A stretch of 64,000 nt of DNA from Kangiella sp. (lineage in GTDB: Bacteria; Pseudomonadota; Gammaproteobacteria; Enterobacterales; Kangiellaceae): assembly GCA_036568325.1 (NCBI GenBank), contig DATCST010000061.1:6835-70834 (forward strand), written 5' to 3'. Numbering within the stretch: position 1 is the first letter of the stretch; each line of letters starts with the position of its first letter. The notes under the pieces were generated by a model, which worked only from the letters and a program-made list of their open reading frames with translations, did no database searches and was not told where the DNA came from. Positions 29,693 to 39,128 of this stretch are shown piece by piece. A program made the translations under genes and the position numbers.

Positions 29693-30892
29693 CTACTTCA
29701 GCAACAGGTCTTCTAATAATTTAAAATACAAATGTCGCAATTGATCCAATTCAGCAATGCTGACTCGTTCATTGGCCTGATGTATGGTTTTGTTGCTTGG
29801 CCCAATCTCAATCACCTGCTTGGCGATTTGCTTGATAAAACGGCCATCCGATATACCGCCACCCGTGGTTAGTTTTGGTTTTAAACCACATTCTTTCTGA
29901 ATGGTCTTTTGCAGACTTTTACGTAGTGAACCTCGTTTAGTCAGGTAAGGTTCTGCTTCATGATCCCACTCAATATCAGCCTTTAAACCATACTTAATTA
30001 TTTTTCTTTCCACGTAGGCTTTGATCTTTGAAAAACTGTTCTTGGGAGAGTAGCGAAAGTTAAAGCATAACTCCAAATCAGCCGGCGTGACATTCATGGC
30101 ACCACTTTCCGAGTGCACTTTGACCAACTGACAACTGGTCGAAGGAAAAAATCGACTTGGTATATCCCAACGTTTTGAGGCTAGCTTATGAATCAATCGC
30201 GATGACTTATGGATCGGATTAATCAGTTGCTCAGGATAACCGACATGCCCTTGCTTACCGTGCAAAGTGATTTTGCAGTTAACAGAACCACGTCGGCCAA
30301 TACGAATTGAATCACCCAGTTTGAGCTCTGTAGTTGGCTCGCCAACAATAGCACAATCGATCACCTCATTACGTGCCAGCAAGGTGTCAACAATATGCTT
30401 GGTGCCTTCGAGAGCTATGCCCTCTTCGTCACTGGTCAGCATAAAACCTATTGCGCCCTGATGTTGGGGATAAAGCGTCACGAATTGCTCTACTGCCACC
30501 ACCATCGCAGCCAGACTCCCTTTCATATCCGATGCACCACGGCCATACAGAAATCCATCTTTAATCACCGGAATAAAAGCCGGCGTATCCCACTTTGCAT
30601 TCTGCCCGGGTGGCACCACATCGGTATGCCCGGCAAAAACCACCACCGGATGCCCACCACCTCTCTTTGCCCAAAGGTTCGATACCCGATTCTTGTTCAG
30701 AAACTCGAGCTTGAAGCCGATAGACTCCAAACGCTCACCAATCAAATCACAACATCCCTGGTCAGAGGGAGTAATTGAGGGCTTTCGTATCAGATATTGA
30801 GCAAGTTCAAGCATAATCGACTGATAATTCAATTCAATCTTACTGTGCAGATTCGTTGTCTGGTCTGTAATAACTGTTGTTTGCTTTAGCAT
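29693..30892 (-). CDS. dapE: DapE-like M20 metallopeptidase, divergent and basic, with an N-terminal extension
   Basis: FAGHTDVVP, GRGASDMKG, TSDEEG, VGEPT, GRRGS and IHQANE motifs; GGGISD in place of the usual GGGTSD. Confidence 0.8.
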   Translation of the reverse strand: MLKQTTVITDQTTNLHSKIELNYQSIMLELAQYLIRKPSITPSDQGCCDLIGERLESIGFKLEFLNKNRVSNLWAKRGGGHPVVVFAGHTDVVPPGQNAKWDTPAFIPVIKDGFLYGRGASDMKGSLAAMVVAVEQFVTLYPQHQGAIGFMLTSDEEGIALEGTKHIVDTLLARNEVIDCAIVGEPTTELKLGDSIRIGRRGSVNCKITLHGKQGHVGYPEQLINPIHKSSRLIHKLASKRWDIPSRFFPSTSCQLVKVHSESGAMNVTPADLELCFNFRYSPKNSFSKIKAYVERKIIKYGLKADIEWDHEAEPYLTKRGSLRKSLQKTIQKECGLKPKLTTGGGISDGRFIKQIAKQVIEIGPSNKTIHQANERVSIAELDQLRHLYFKLLEDLLLK

Positions 30893-30917
30893 AATTCACC
30901 TCTTTTATCTCAGCATC

Positions 30918-30972
30918 GTTATATCAGTCTGCAATGACAGAGCAGCGACACAATGGTTAACTTTTTGCGACA
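30918..30972 (-). promoter_or_regulatory. Pho-box-like array plus -10 element upstream of the dapE-like gene
   Basis: Minus strand: TGTCGC-N5-GTTAAC-N5-TGTCGC-N5-TGTCAT-N10-TATAAC. Confidence 0.65.
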
Positions 30973-31062
30973 ACACCAGAGAAACCCTACTTATAGACTC
31001 TTTATCGTGCTCCAAAAATAGACTAAAGTGCTACTACCTTAATTTTCTTAAGTAATATCACA

Positions 31063-32712
31063 ATGCATATGACCAAATGGATTCTGGGCTTTACCCTGAT
31101 TATCACCTCGAGCCTTTTCACAGCGGCTCAGGCACTTCCGACTCTGATTCATAACGTTAAGGGCTATACTTTCGCTGAAGGTGAGTTAGTAGAATTCGAT
31201 AGTCTTATATTCGAAAACGACGAGATTATCGCTTTTGGTAACCATGAAGAACTTGCCAATAATGCCAAGGCCAGTATTTCAATAGATGGCAAAGGGGCAA
31301 CTTTGATACCTGGTTTAACCGATGCTCACGGCCATGTTCTCGGACTGGGCTTGAATTTAATGCGCGTTGATTTGCGTGGCATTGATTCGCTTGAAGGAAC
31401 CATGAAAAAGATTAGCGAGTACGCCAAAGCCAATTCGGAACTGCGCTGGATTCAGGGCCGAGGCTGGAATCAGGTGTTATGGGCCAAAAAAGAATTCCCA
31501 ACTAAACAAATGCTGGACACCATTATCAATGACCGCCCTGTTTGGCTTAGTCGTATTGATGGTCACGCAGGCTGGGCTAACAGCAAAGCATTAGAACTTG
31601 CAGGCATCACTAAAGATACAGCAGATCCAGCTGGCGGCAAGATCATAAAAGATGCCAGTGGCGAACCAACAGGTGTATTGATAGATGCCGCTATGGATAT
31701 TGTCGAAAGCAAAATTCCTGAGCTAAATGCAATGGAGCATCGTACGGCTTTGGAGCTGGCATTTGATCACATGCTTAAACTTGGCATCACTTCAGTCCAT
31801 GATGCGGGCGTCGATTTCGATACTTATAAATTGATGCTGGATATGGCGAAAGATCAACAAATACCGGTTCGTCTTTATGGCATGTTAAGTGGCAGCGATG
31901 AGCGTCTTAAAACCATGCTAGAAATGGGAAAAGTCGAGTTACCTTTCTTGAAATTCCGTTCAGTGAAATTATACAGCGATGGCGCATTAGGTAGTCGCGG
32001 TGCGGCTTTATTGGCCCCCTACTCTGACGATCCAGACAACAAAGGATTATTACTGACCACAGAAAAGAAGCTTTCTGAAGATTTGAGTCTGATTACCCAA
32101 TATGGTTTCCAGGCCAATGTTCACGCCATTGGCGATGCCGCTAATCGCTTGGTGCTGGATGCTTTTGCCAAGCTTCCTGAAAATCAGTCTGCCGATATAC
32201 TACGTCATCGCATTGAACATGCTCAAGTGGTTGCAGTTGAAGATATTCCGCGCTTTGCCGAGCTCAATATTATTGCTTCCATGCAACCGACTCATGCTAC
32301 CAGCGACATGAATATGGCAGGCGATCGTTTAGGCGATGAGCGTTTAAAAGGGGCTTATGCTTGGCGCAAGATGCGTGAGCATGATGTGTTGATTGCAGCA
32401 GGTTCTGACTTTCCTGTTGAGCTGGCTAATCCGTTCCTGGGCATTCATGCCGCAGTGACTCGCCAGAACAGTGACAACCAGCCGGAAGGTGGCTGGTTAC
32501 CTGCCGAAAAGCTTGACCGTGCCGAAACCTTGAAAGCTTTTACCATTGATGCCGCTTACTCTGGCTTCTGGGAAGATGAGATAGGAAGTCTTGAAATCGG
32601 TAAGAAAGCTGATTTTATTTTGATTGATAAAGATATTTTTTCAGTTAATGCAGAAGAACTTGATGATGTTCAGGTACTACAAACCTGGGTTGGTGGAAAA
32701 CGACTACTTTAG
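31063..32712 (+). CDS. Exported amidohydrolase (YtcJ-like, amidohydrolase 3 family)
   Basis: Signal peptide; IPGLTDAHGH, KLYSDGALGSRGA, HAIGDAAN, HRIEHAQ, GSDFPVE motifs. Confidence 0.9.
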   Translation: MHMTKWILGFTLIITSSLFTAAQALPTLIHNVKGYTFAEGELVEFDSLIFENDEIIAFGNHEELANNAKASISIDGKGATLIPGLTDAHGHVLGLGLNLMRVDLRGIDSLEGTMKKISEYAKANSELRWIQGRGWNQVLWAKKEFPTKQMLDTIINDRPVWLSRIDGHAGWANSKALELAGITKDTADPAGGKIIKDASGEPTGVLIDAAMDIVESKIPELNAMEHRTALELAFDHMLKLGITSVHDAGVDFDTYKLMLDMAKDQQIPVRLYGMLSGSDERLKTMLEMGKVELPFLKFRSVKLYSDGALGSRGAALLAPYSDDPDNKGLLLTTEKKLSEDLSLITQYGFQANVHAIGDAANRLVLDAFAKLPENQSADILRHRIEHAQVVAVEDIPRFAELNIIASMQPTHATSDMNMAGDRLGDERLKGAYAWRKMREHDVLIAAGSDFPVELANPFLGIHAAVTRQNSDNQPEGGWLPAEKLDRAETLKAFTIDAAYSGFWEDEIGSLEIGKKADFILIDKDIFSVNAEELDDVQVLQTWVGGKRLL

Positions 32713-32743
32713 CTTTGTTACTTTCAAACACTAAAAGCAACCT

Positions 32744-32772
32744 TGCGTGAGCGCAAAGCTCACGCAGCCTAT
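32744..32772 (-). repeat. REP-like palindrome and possible terminator between convergent genes
   Basis: Minus strand: ATAG-GC-TGCGTGAGC-TTTGC-GCTCACGCA (9-bp perfect stem). Confidence 0.55.
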
Positions 32773-32795
32773 ACTTTCATTTTAACTAGCAATTG

Positions 32796-33035
32796 TTAAT
32801 TGCTAGCTAACTCACTCTTCTTGACACGTTTTTTAGGATAATTAACCCAGACCGTATCCACGTTAGCATTGCCCTCTCGCGCAGCTTTTTCGACCAGGTA
32901 CACTTTATGCCAGTCAATAACATAAACGTACTCATCATCATCAGATGCAGCAGCGTAGCGAGAAGAGGTTGAATTGCACCCTGTCGCCAATACCGCGAAG
33001 GCGGCAACGGTCAGAGCTAAAGGTAGTGTTTTCAT
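32796..33035 (-). CDS. Small lipoprotein
   Basis: AGGAGG RBS, lipobox ATGC, 79 aa, ends VWVNYPKKR. Confidence 0.8.
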   Translation of the reverse strand: MKTLPLALTVAAFAVLATGCNSTSSRYAAASDDDEYVYVIDWHKVYLVEKAAREGNANVDTVWVNYPKKRVKKSELASN

Positions 33036-33137
33036 AAAGCCTCCTGTGTAAAAGACTCACAACCATGATAGTACATTTTTTAACCAGTTAGCAATTCACT
33101 TTATCTATCAAAGGCGCTTTTGAGCCCCATTAAAGCT

Positions 33138-33146
33138 TGCTACAAT
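33138..33146 (+). promoter_or_regulatory. Extended -10 of the proS promoter
   Basis: TGC-TACAAT, about 45 bp before the proS ATG. Confidence 0.5.
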
Positions 33147-33189
33147 AGACGCCCTCTATGATTTTGATAATGACAACAACGAGATACTG

Positions 33190-34905
33190 ATGCGTAGTAG
33201 CCAATACTTACTTTCCACACAAAGAGAAGATCCAAGCGACGCCGAGCTGATTAGCCATAAGTTAATGCTTAGAGCAGGCATGATCCGCAAGATTGCCTCA
33301 GGTATGTATACCTGGCTGCCCACTGGCTTGCGTGTTTTGCGCAAAGTAGAAGCTATTGTTCGAGAAGAAATGAACAAGGCTGGCGCAGTTGAGATATTAA
33401 TGCCGAGCGTGCAACCCTCTGAGCTATGGGAAGAGTCAGGCCGTTGGGACCAGTTTGGCCCAGAATTACTGCGTTTTAAAGATCGTCATGGCCGTGACTT
33501 CTGCTTGGGCCCAACCCACGAAGAAATCATTACTGCGGTCATTCGCGACGAGATCAACAGCTACAAACAGCTTCCAGCGAGTTTTTATCAAATTCAAACC
33601 AAGTTCCGCGATGAAGTTCGCCCTCGTTTCGGTGTTATGCGCGCTCGTGAGTTCTTGATGAAAGATGCCTACTCTTTCCACGTTGATGAAGAGTCATTAT
33701 CGGAAACCTATCAGGTAATGCACCAGGCCTACTGCAATATTTTCGAGCGTATTGGTTTAGATTATCGCCCAGTGCTGGCGGATACCGGTGCTATCGGTGG
33801 TAGTAACTCGCATGAGTTCCATGTGCTAGCAGAATCAGGCGAAGATGCGATTGCTTTCAGTAGCGAAGGTGATTACGCCGCCAATATAGAAAAGGCACAA
33901 AGTCTCGCACCACAAAAAGAAGCCGCAGCTCCGAACCAGGGCTTAACTAAGGTCGAAACACCAAACACCAAGTCCATTAAACAGGTGTGTGAGTTACTAA
34001 AAGTAACACCACAGCAAACGGTGAAAACTTTGTTGGTGGTTGGTGAAAACGAAGAAAATCCAGTGGTAGCTTTATGCTTACGTGGCGACCATGAGCTTAA
34101 TGAAATTAAAGCTGGCAAACATCCGTTAGTGGCTGAGCCAGTACAATTAATTTCTGACGAACAGATTCAATCAGTTGCTGGTTGCGATGCAGGTTCTGTT
34201 GGCCCATGTGGCTTAGATATCCCTGTCATTGTCGATCGTGATGCCGCAGTACTCAGTGACTTTGTCTGTGGCGCCAATGACACAGGCTTCCACTTCGCAG
34301 GCGCAAACTGGCAACGTGATGCGCAACTATCCGAAGTGATGGACATTCGTAATGTGGTTGCTGGCGACCCAAGTCCGGATGGTAAAGGTATTCTGGAAAT
34401 CAAACGTGGTATCGAAGTAGGTCATATTTTCCAGCTTGGTACTAAATACTCTGAAGCAATGAACTGCAAGGTACTGGATCAAAACGGCAAAGCTGTGACC
34501 TTGGCGATGGGTTGTTACGGTGTAGGCGTCTCGCGTATCGTTGCCGCTGCCATTGAGCAAAATTATGATGACAACGGTATCCTCTGGCCAGCAGCCATTG
34601 CACCGTTCCAGGTTGCCATTATCCCTATGAATATGCATCGCTCAGAACAAGTTCAACAAGTCGCTGAGAAGTTATATGACGATTTACAACAACTGGGCAT
34701 TGATGTGATATTTGATGATCGCAAAGAGCGTCCCGGCGTCATGTTCGCAGATATGGAACTGATCGGTGTTCCTCATCGCTTAGTGGTCAGCGAACGTGGT
34801 TTGGAAAACGGTACTATTGAATATAAGAACCGCCAAAACACCGCTAAGGATGACGTCAGCGTAGAAAATGTTGTAAATTATATCCAAGAACTGTTACCAC
34901 AATAA
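33190..34905 (+). CDS. proS: Prolyl-tRNA synthetase
   Basis: [36 protein letters not shown] and MGCYGVG motifs; INS editing domain present. Confidence 0.99.
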   Translation: MRSSQYLLSTQREDPSDAELISHKLMLRAGMIRKIASGMYTWLPTGLRVLRKVEAIVREEMNKAGAVEILMPSVQPSELWEESGRWDQFGPELLRFKDRHGRDFCLGPTHEEIITAVIRDEINSYKQLPASFYQIQTKFRDEVRPRFGVMRAREFLMKDAYSFHVDEESLSETYQVMHQAYCNIFERIGLDYRPVLADTGAIGGSNSHEFHVLAESGEDAIAFSSEGDYAANIEKAQSLAPQKEAAAPNQGLTKVETPNTKSIKQVCELLKVTPQQTVKTLLVVGENEENPVVALCLRGDHELNEIKAGKHPLVAEPVQLISDEQIQSVAGCDAGSVGPCGLDIPVIVDRDAAVLSDFVCGANDTGFHFAGANWQRDAQLSEVMDIRNVVAGDPSPDGKGILEIKRGIEVGHIFQLGTKYSEAMNCKVLDQNGKAVTLAMGCYGVGVSRIVAAAIEQNYDDNGILWPAAIAPFQVAIIPMNMHRSEQVQQVAEKLYDDLQQLGIDVIFDDRKERPGVMFADMELIGVPHRLVVSERGLENGTIEYKNRQNTAKDDVSVENVVNYIQELLPQ

Positions 34906-34909
34906 CACT

Positions 34910-35503
34910 ATGGCGTTGAGTAGAGTGACACTAGGTCGAATCTTAGCAATTGTTGGTCTTATAGCTGTGACGGGGTTCACTCAAACCAGTCAAGCTCAAG
35001 AGCGACCCGATCAAGCTTTCTATGATGAGCTTAAGGCTCTGATGGAAGCTGATAACCATTTCGTTGATCGCTATGATGCTGAGGTCTGGATGAAAGACAT
35101 GTCAGGCCGTCTCAAGCGTCGTGCTCCGCATATTCCCCAAGATGAACGCTTAAAGATTCTGACACTGGTCCATCGCTACTCAAATGCATCAGGGGTTGAC
35201 CCGCAACTAGTTCTCGCCATCATGGAGGTGGAAAGTAACTTTGATCGCTACGCCCTTTCGGTTGCCAATGCGCGAGGACTAATGCAAATCATGCCTTTTT
35301 GGAAGGATGAAATTGGTCATCAAGAGGACTCTCTTTTTGATATGGAAACCAACGTACGCTATGGCTGCTACATTCTCAAACTCTATCTGGATATGGAAAA
35401 AGGCAACCTGACTTACGCCCTAGGGCGCTACAATGGTTCTCGTGGAAGAGCTAAATATCCTAATAAAGTTTACGCTGCCTTGCGCAACCGTTGGGCGCTG
35501 TAA
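34910..35503 (+). CDS. Lytic transglycosylase (SLT domain)
   Basis: IMEVESNF (catalytic Glu), GLMQIMP, ALGRYNG; N-terminal signal or anchor. Confidence 0.92.
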   Translation: MALSRVTLGRILAIVGLIAVTGFTQTSQAQERPDQAFYDELKALMEADNHFVDRYDAEVWMKDMSGRLKRRAPHIPQDERLKILTLVHRYSNASGVDPQLVLAIMEVESNFDRYALSVANARGLMQIMPFWKDEIGHQEDSLFDMETNVRYGCYILKLYLDMEKGNLTYALGRYNGSRGRAKYPNKVYAALRNRWAL

Positions 35504-35508
35504 AACTA

Positions 35509-36735
35509 ATGACTGAACGCCCTTCAATTCCAGGACTGATCCTTAGTGGTGGCGGTGCACGTGCCGCTTACCAAGTTGGTGTATTAAAAGCTGTTTCAGA
35601 AATTCTGGAGCATCCTGAAAAATCTCCCTTTAGAATTGTCTCCGGCACATCAGCCGGTGCTATTAATTCCTGTGCGGTCGCTGAACACAGCCACCGTTTT
35701 GCCGAAGGGCTCAGACGCCTGGAACATCTCTGGGCCAACCTGACACCGGATCAGATTTACCACACCAAGTTACGCCAGTTGTCAGGCAATGCTTTCCGCT
35801 GGATTTGGAATATTTTACGCCCAGCCAGCCAACTCAAAAAACCATTGGCGCTTCTTGATAACTCTCCTCTTCGCGAATTGTTGACCACAGCCATTCGCTT
35901 TGATGATATCCGCGAGAACATCAAGAATGGCTTCTTGGATGCAACCTGTATCACTGCATACAACTACAATACAGGCGATTCGGTCAGCTTCTTTCAGGGC
36001 ATACCCGATTTGGTCGAATGGCAACGCTTTAGACGTTTTGGTAAAGCAGAAGACTTGACCTTGTCACACCTGATGGGCACAACTGCCATTCCCATGATTT
36101 TCCCATCGGAGCCTATTAATGATATTCACTTCGGTGACGGCTCAATGCGTTTCTTGACGCCGCTTAGCCCCACCCTGCGATTAGGCGCGAATAAATTGTT
36201 TGTGGTCACGGTAGAGCCTTTGCGTGGCGAAGTCGATCATGAAATCAAAATTCCGTCGATTGGTGATATCAGCGGCCACTTGCTGGACAGTATTTTCATC
36301 GACAGTTTAGAGAGCGATATCGAGCGCATGATGCGAGTTAATGAATTGCTGGCACACATTCCTGAGCGCGACATTGTGCGCGAACAGCTCACGCTGAAGC
36401 AGGTTGATACCTTCATTATTTCACCGAGCATTGATCCGATGGAGCTTGCCGGTCAATATTTTAAAAACCTTCCGCGCGGCCTACGTTTCTTTTTCAAACG
36501 CATTGGTGTTGATGAAGAAAATGGTGAGAGTATTTTGAGCTACCTGCTTTTTGATAAGTCTTTCACCAACCACTTAATTGAGCTTGGCTACCAAGATGCG
36601 ATAAAGCAGGAACATAATATTTTAGACTTCTTTAACTACCAGCAAACTCAGCAAGAAGAAGAATCTGAACAGGAAGATGAATCTGACTATAAGGAATCAT
36701 CTCAACAAGAAGAGCTATCTCAACAAGACCTGTAG
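35509..36735 (+). CDS. Patatin-like phospholipase
   Basis: LSGGGARAAYQVG, GTSAG nucleophile elbow, GDGS; acidic C-terminal tail. Confidence 0.92.
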   Translation: MTERPSIPGLILSGGGARAAYQVGVLKAVSEILEHPEKSPFRIVSGTSAGAINSCAVAEHSHRFAEGLRRLEHLWANLTPDQIYHTKLRQLSGNAFRWIWNILRPASQLKKPLALLDNSPLRELLTTAIRFDDIRENIKNGFLDATCITAYNYNTGDSVSFFQGIPDLVEWQRFRRFGKAEDLTLSHLMGTTAIPMIFPSEPINDIHFGDGSMRFLTPLSPTLRLGANKLFVVTVEPLRGEVDHEIKIPSIGDISGHLLDSIFIDSLESDIERMMRVNELLAHIPERDIVREQLTLKQVDTFIISPSIDPMELAGQYFKNLPRGLRFFFKRIGVDEENGESILSYLLFDKSFTNHLIELGYQDAIKQEHNILDFFNYQQTQQEEESEQEDESDYKESSQQEELSQQDL

Positions 36736-36767
36736 TTTCTAATCAGTAATTTCTAAGAGCAACCGCT

Positions 36768-37823
36768 ATGAACAGCTTTGATGATTTGTTTGCGCATTAC
36801 CCACCGGATGTTGCACCTTTTATGCATCAAATGTTGGCCGATTATCAAGCAACCAAACCCTATAAAGGATTCAAGATTGTTCATAATGTCCCGCTCACTC
36901 AAACCACTCTGCTCAAAATTGCCTGTCTCAAAACAGCCGGTGCCAATATTGTCGTGACCAATCCCAGTTTCATGAACGAAGATCGGGATGCGATACAAGT
37001 TTTAACCAATGAACAGGTGCCTTATCTACCACTGGATTCAGTCAAAGGCGAATTCGACTTTCTCCTCGATTGTGGTGCTGAGCTGGTAGATAAATGCTAT
37101 GCACACAAAGGCATCGTTGAATTGACCCGTACTGGCGCCATGCGCTATCAGCGACACAAAGAATTTCATGTACCGATTGTGTCAGTGGATGATACTCGCT
37201 TGAAATGTCTAGAAACCTGCCTCGGCACTGGCGAAGGTGTTTACCGCGCCATTAGGCAAATCGCCAATGTGGATTTAACCAATAAAAACATTTTGATTTT
37301 TGGTTTTGGTAAAGTCGGTATTGGTATCGCTTACTACTTCTCTAAAATCACAGCCAACGTCATTATTGCCGAAGCTGATAGCTCACGTTTACAACTTATC
37401 GAGCAGCGTGGCTATCAAAGTGTTGATGCCAAACAAGCTCAATTGATAGAACATGCCGCTGAAGCCAGCGACCTGATTATCACCGCCACAGGACTGAAAG
37501 ACATCATCAGTGATAACTATCACTCGGGCGCGTTTAAAGATAAGTTGCTAGCCAATGCTGGCGCTGAAGATGAGTTTGGTTATGCGTTTGATGCAACTGA
37601 AGTTCTCGCCGATAAAAAACCGGTTAACTTTATCCTCAAAGAACCGACCTTGATGGAATTTCTCGATCCGATTTTCTACGCTCATAACATCGCCATTGAT
37701 GATGCGCTGAATAATACACAGACAGGATTTAGAGCTTTGGATCAAAAAACGGATGAGGCAATTGTTAGCCAATGGGCGAAGCATCATGATTGGACGGTAG
37801 AAAAACTCAACCAGATTTTTTAA
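36768..37823 (+). CDS. Divergent S-adenosylhomocysteine hydrolase-like NAD-binding protein
   Basis: AHCY-like layout (ELTRTG, SVDDTRLK, GFGKVG, ITATG, NAG), but several catalytic positions are substituted. Confidence 0.75.
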   Translation: MNSFDDLFAHYPPDVAPFMHQMLADYQATKPYKGFKIVHNVPLTQTTLLKIACLKTAGANIVVTNPSFMNEDRDAIQVLTNEQVPYLPLDSVKGEFDFLLDCGAELVDKCYAHKGIVELTRTGAMRYQRHKEFHVPIVSVDDTRLKCLETCLGTGEGVYRAIRQIANVDLTNKNILIFGFGKVGIGIAYYFSKITANVIIAEADSSRLQLIEQRGYQSVDAKQAQLIEHAAEASDLIITATGLKDIISDNYHSGAFKDKLLANAGAEDEFGYAFDATEVLADKKPVNFILKEPTLMEFLDPIFYAHNIAIDDALNNTQTGFRALDQKTDEAIVSQWAKHHDWTVEKLNQIF

Positions 37824-37847
37824 CTATTCCTAAAACTATCTTGTAAG

Positions 37848-39119
37848 CTAATCAGGAAAATGAACAGCTCGAAATTCATTCTCAAGCTCTAACAGTAAAA
37901 CCTTATCACGTTGCCAGGGTGGGATGCCCTGCTCCTGAAAATAGTTCTTCAACGAGACACTTTTCCCACCCTGTTCAAATCGAATGCGCTCACCACCTTG
38001 GCGACCTTTAACGGTTACGTTTCTTCCAACCAGATTTGGGTAGTTCTGTTGTAACCATTCCAGCGAAATTAAAACTTGACCGTTATGCTCTAAATCATTT
38101 TTTGCAGACCATTCTAGCTCAAGACTGGAATAATCATTAACCGCCTCAGTGACCCAATAGAGCGCATCACGATAACGTCTGATTGAGCCGCAGCCCATCT
38201 CAATTACAGGGTTAGCATCTTCTTTAGCATCCAGCATTTGCGTCTTAACTTGCTGCAATACCGCCTGACTGGGCATATCTGCACCACAGGCTTCTAACCA
38301 GTAACGTAACAGGTTTCTGACTCGCTGCGGGCTTAAGTGCCTGACTCGGGCTAACATTAATGAGTCATGCTGCACCTCATAACAGTTTTCGAAGTCAATA
38401 GCCGCCAGTTCATCCAACAGCTGCTGATTTTCAGCCTGAATCTGGCTGGCGCTAGCAATGACTTTAGAAGCCTGTGGCCACTTTTGTTCAATCAATGGCA
38501 TCACTTGATGGCGCACAAAATTACGTCGAATATCGGTGTCTTGATTGGTCGGGTCTTCAATCGCTTTTAAACCATGAGAATGACAATAATCTTCTACCGC
38601 TTCTCTGGTCACTGCCAACAACGGCCGTGCCAGATAGCCCTTTGCAAACTGAGAAACTTTTGGCATTGACGCCAAGCCTTTACTGCCTGCACCACGAAAC
38701 AACTGCAGCAGGAAGGTCTCAGCCTGATCATTTAAGTGCTGACCGGTTACTAAACAGGTATGAGGATTCTGTATACATCCAGATAATGCCTGATAACGGG
38801 CTTTACGGGCGGCACCTTCAAGACTGGCTGAATCTTTATCGATCTCAACTTGGACGGACTGAAAAGGAATGTCTAAGGACTCACAAAAATGTTGGTTTTG
38901 TTTTGCCCAGTCAGCAGATGCCATTTGCAGTTGATGGTCAATATACACGGCAGACAAGGAGTAATTGGAATTAGAGGTTCTAGCTGAATGTAGCGCATGC
39001 AACAAGCTCAGCGAATCAACGCCACCACTTAATGCAACAACAATGGATTTAACAGATTTAGAAATGCAAAGAGCCAGAAACTCATCAATGGCTTGAGAAA
39101 CTGGCTCTGATTTTGTCAT
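37848..39119 (-). CDS. tilS: tRNA(Ile)-lysidine synthetase
   Basis: ALSGGVDS, AARKARY, GQHLNDQAET, RPLL, RRNFVR motifs. Confidence 0.96.
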   Translation of the reverse strand: MTKSEPVSQAIDEFLALCISKSVKSIVVALSGGVDSLSLLHALHSARTSNSNYSLSAVYIDHQLQMASADWAKQNQHFCESLDIPFQSVQVEIDKDSASLEGAARKARYQALSGCIQNPHTCLVTGQHLNDQAETFLLQLFRGAGSKGLASMPKVSQFAKGYLARPLLAVTREAVEDYCHSHGLKAIEDPTNQDTDIRRNFVRHQVMPLIEQKWPQASKVIASASQIQAENQQLLDELAAIDFENCYEVQHDSLMLARVRHLSPQRVRNLLRYWLEACGADMPSQAVLQQVKTQMLDAKEDANPVIEMGCGSIRRYRDALYWVTEAVNDYSSLELEWSAKNDLEHNGQVLISLEWLQQNYPNLVGRNVTVKGRQGGERIRFEQGGKSVSLKNYFQEQGIPPWQRDKVLLLELENEFRAVHFPD

Positions 39120-39128
39120 AAGAAAAGA

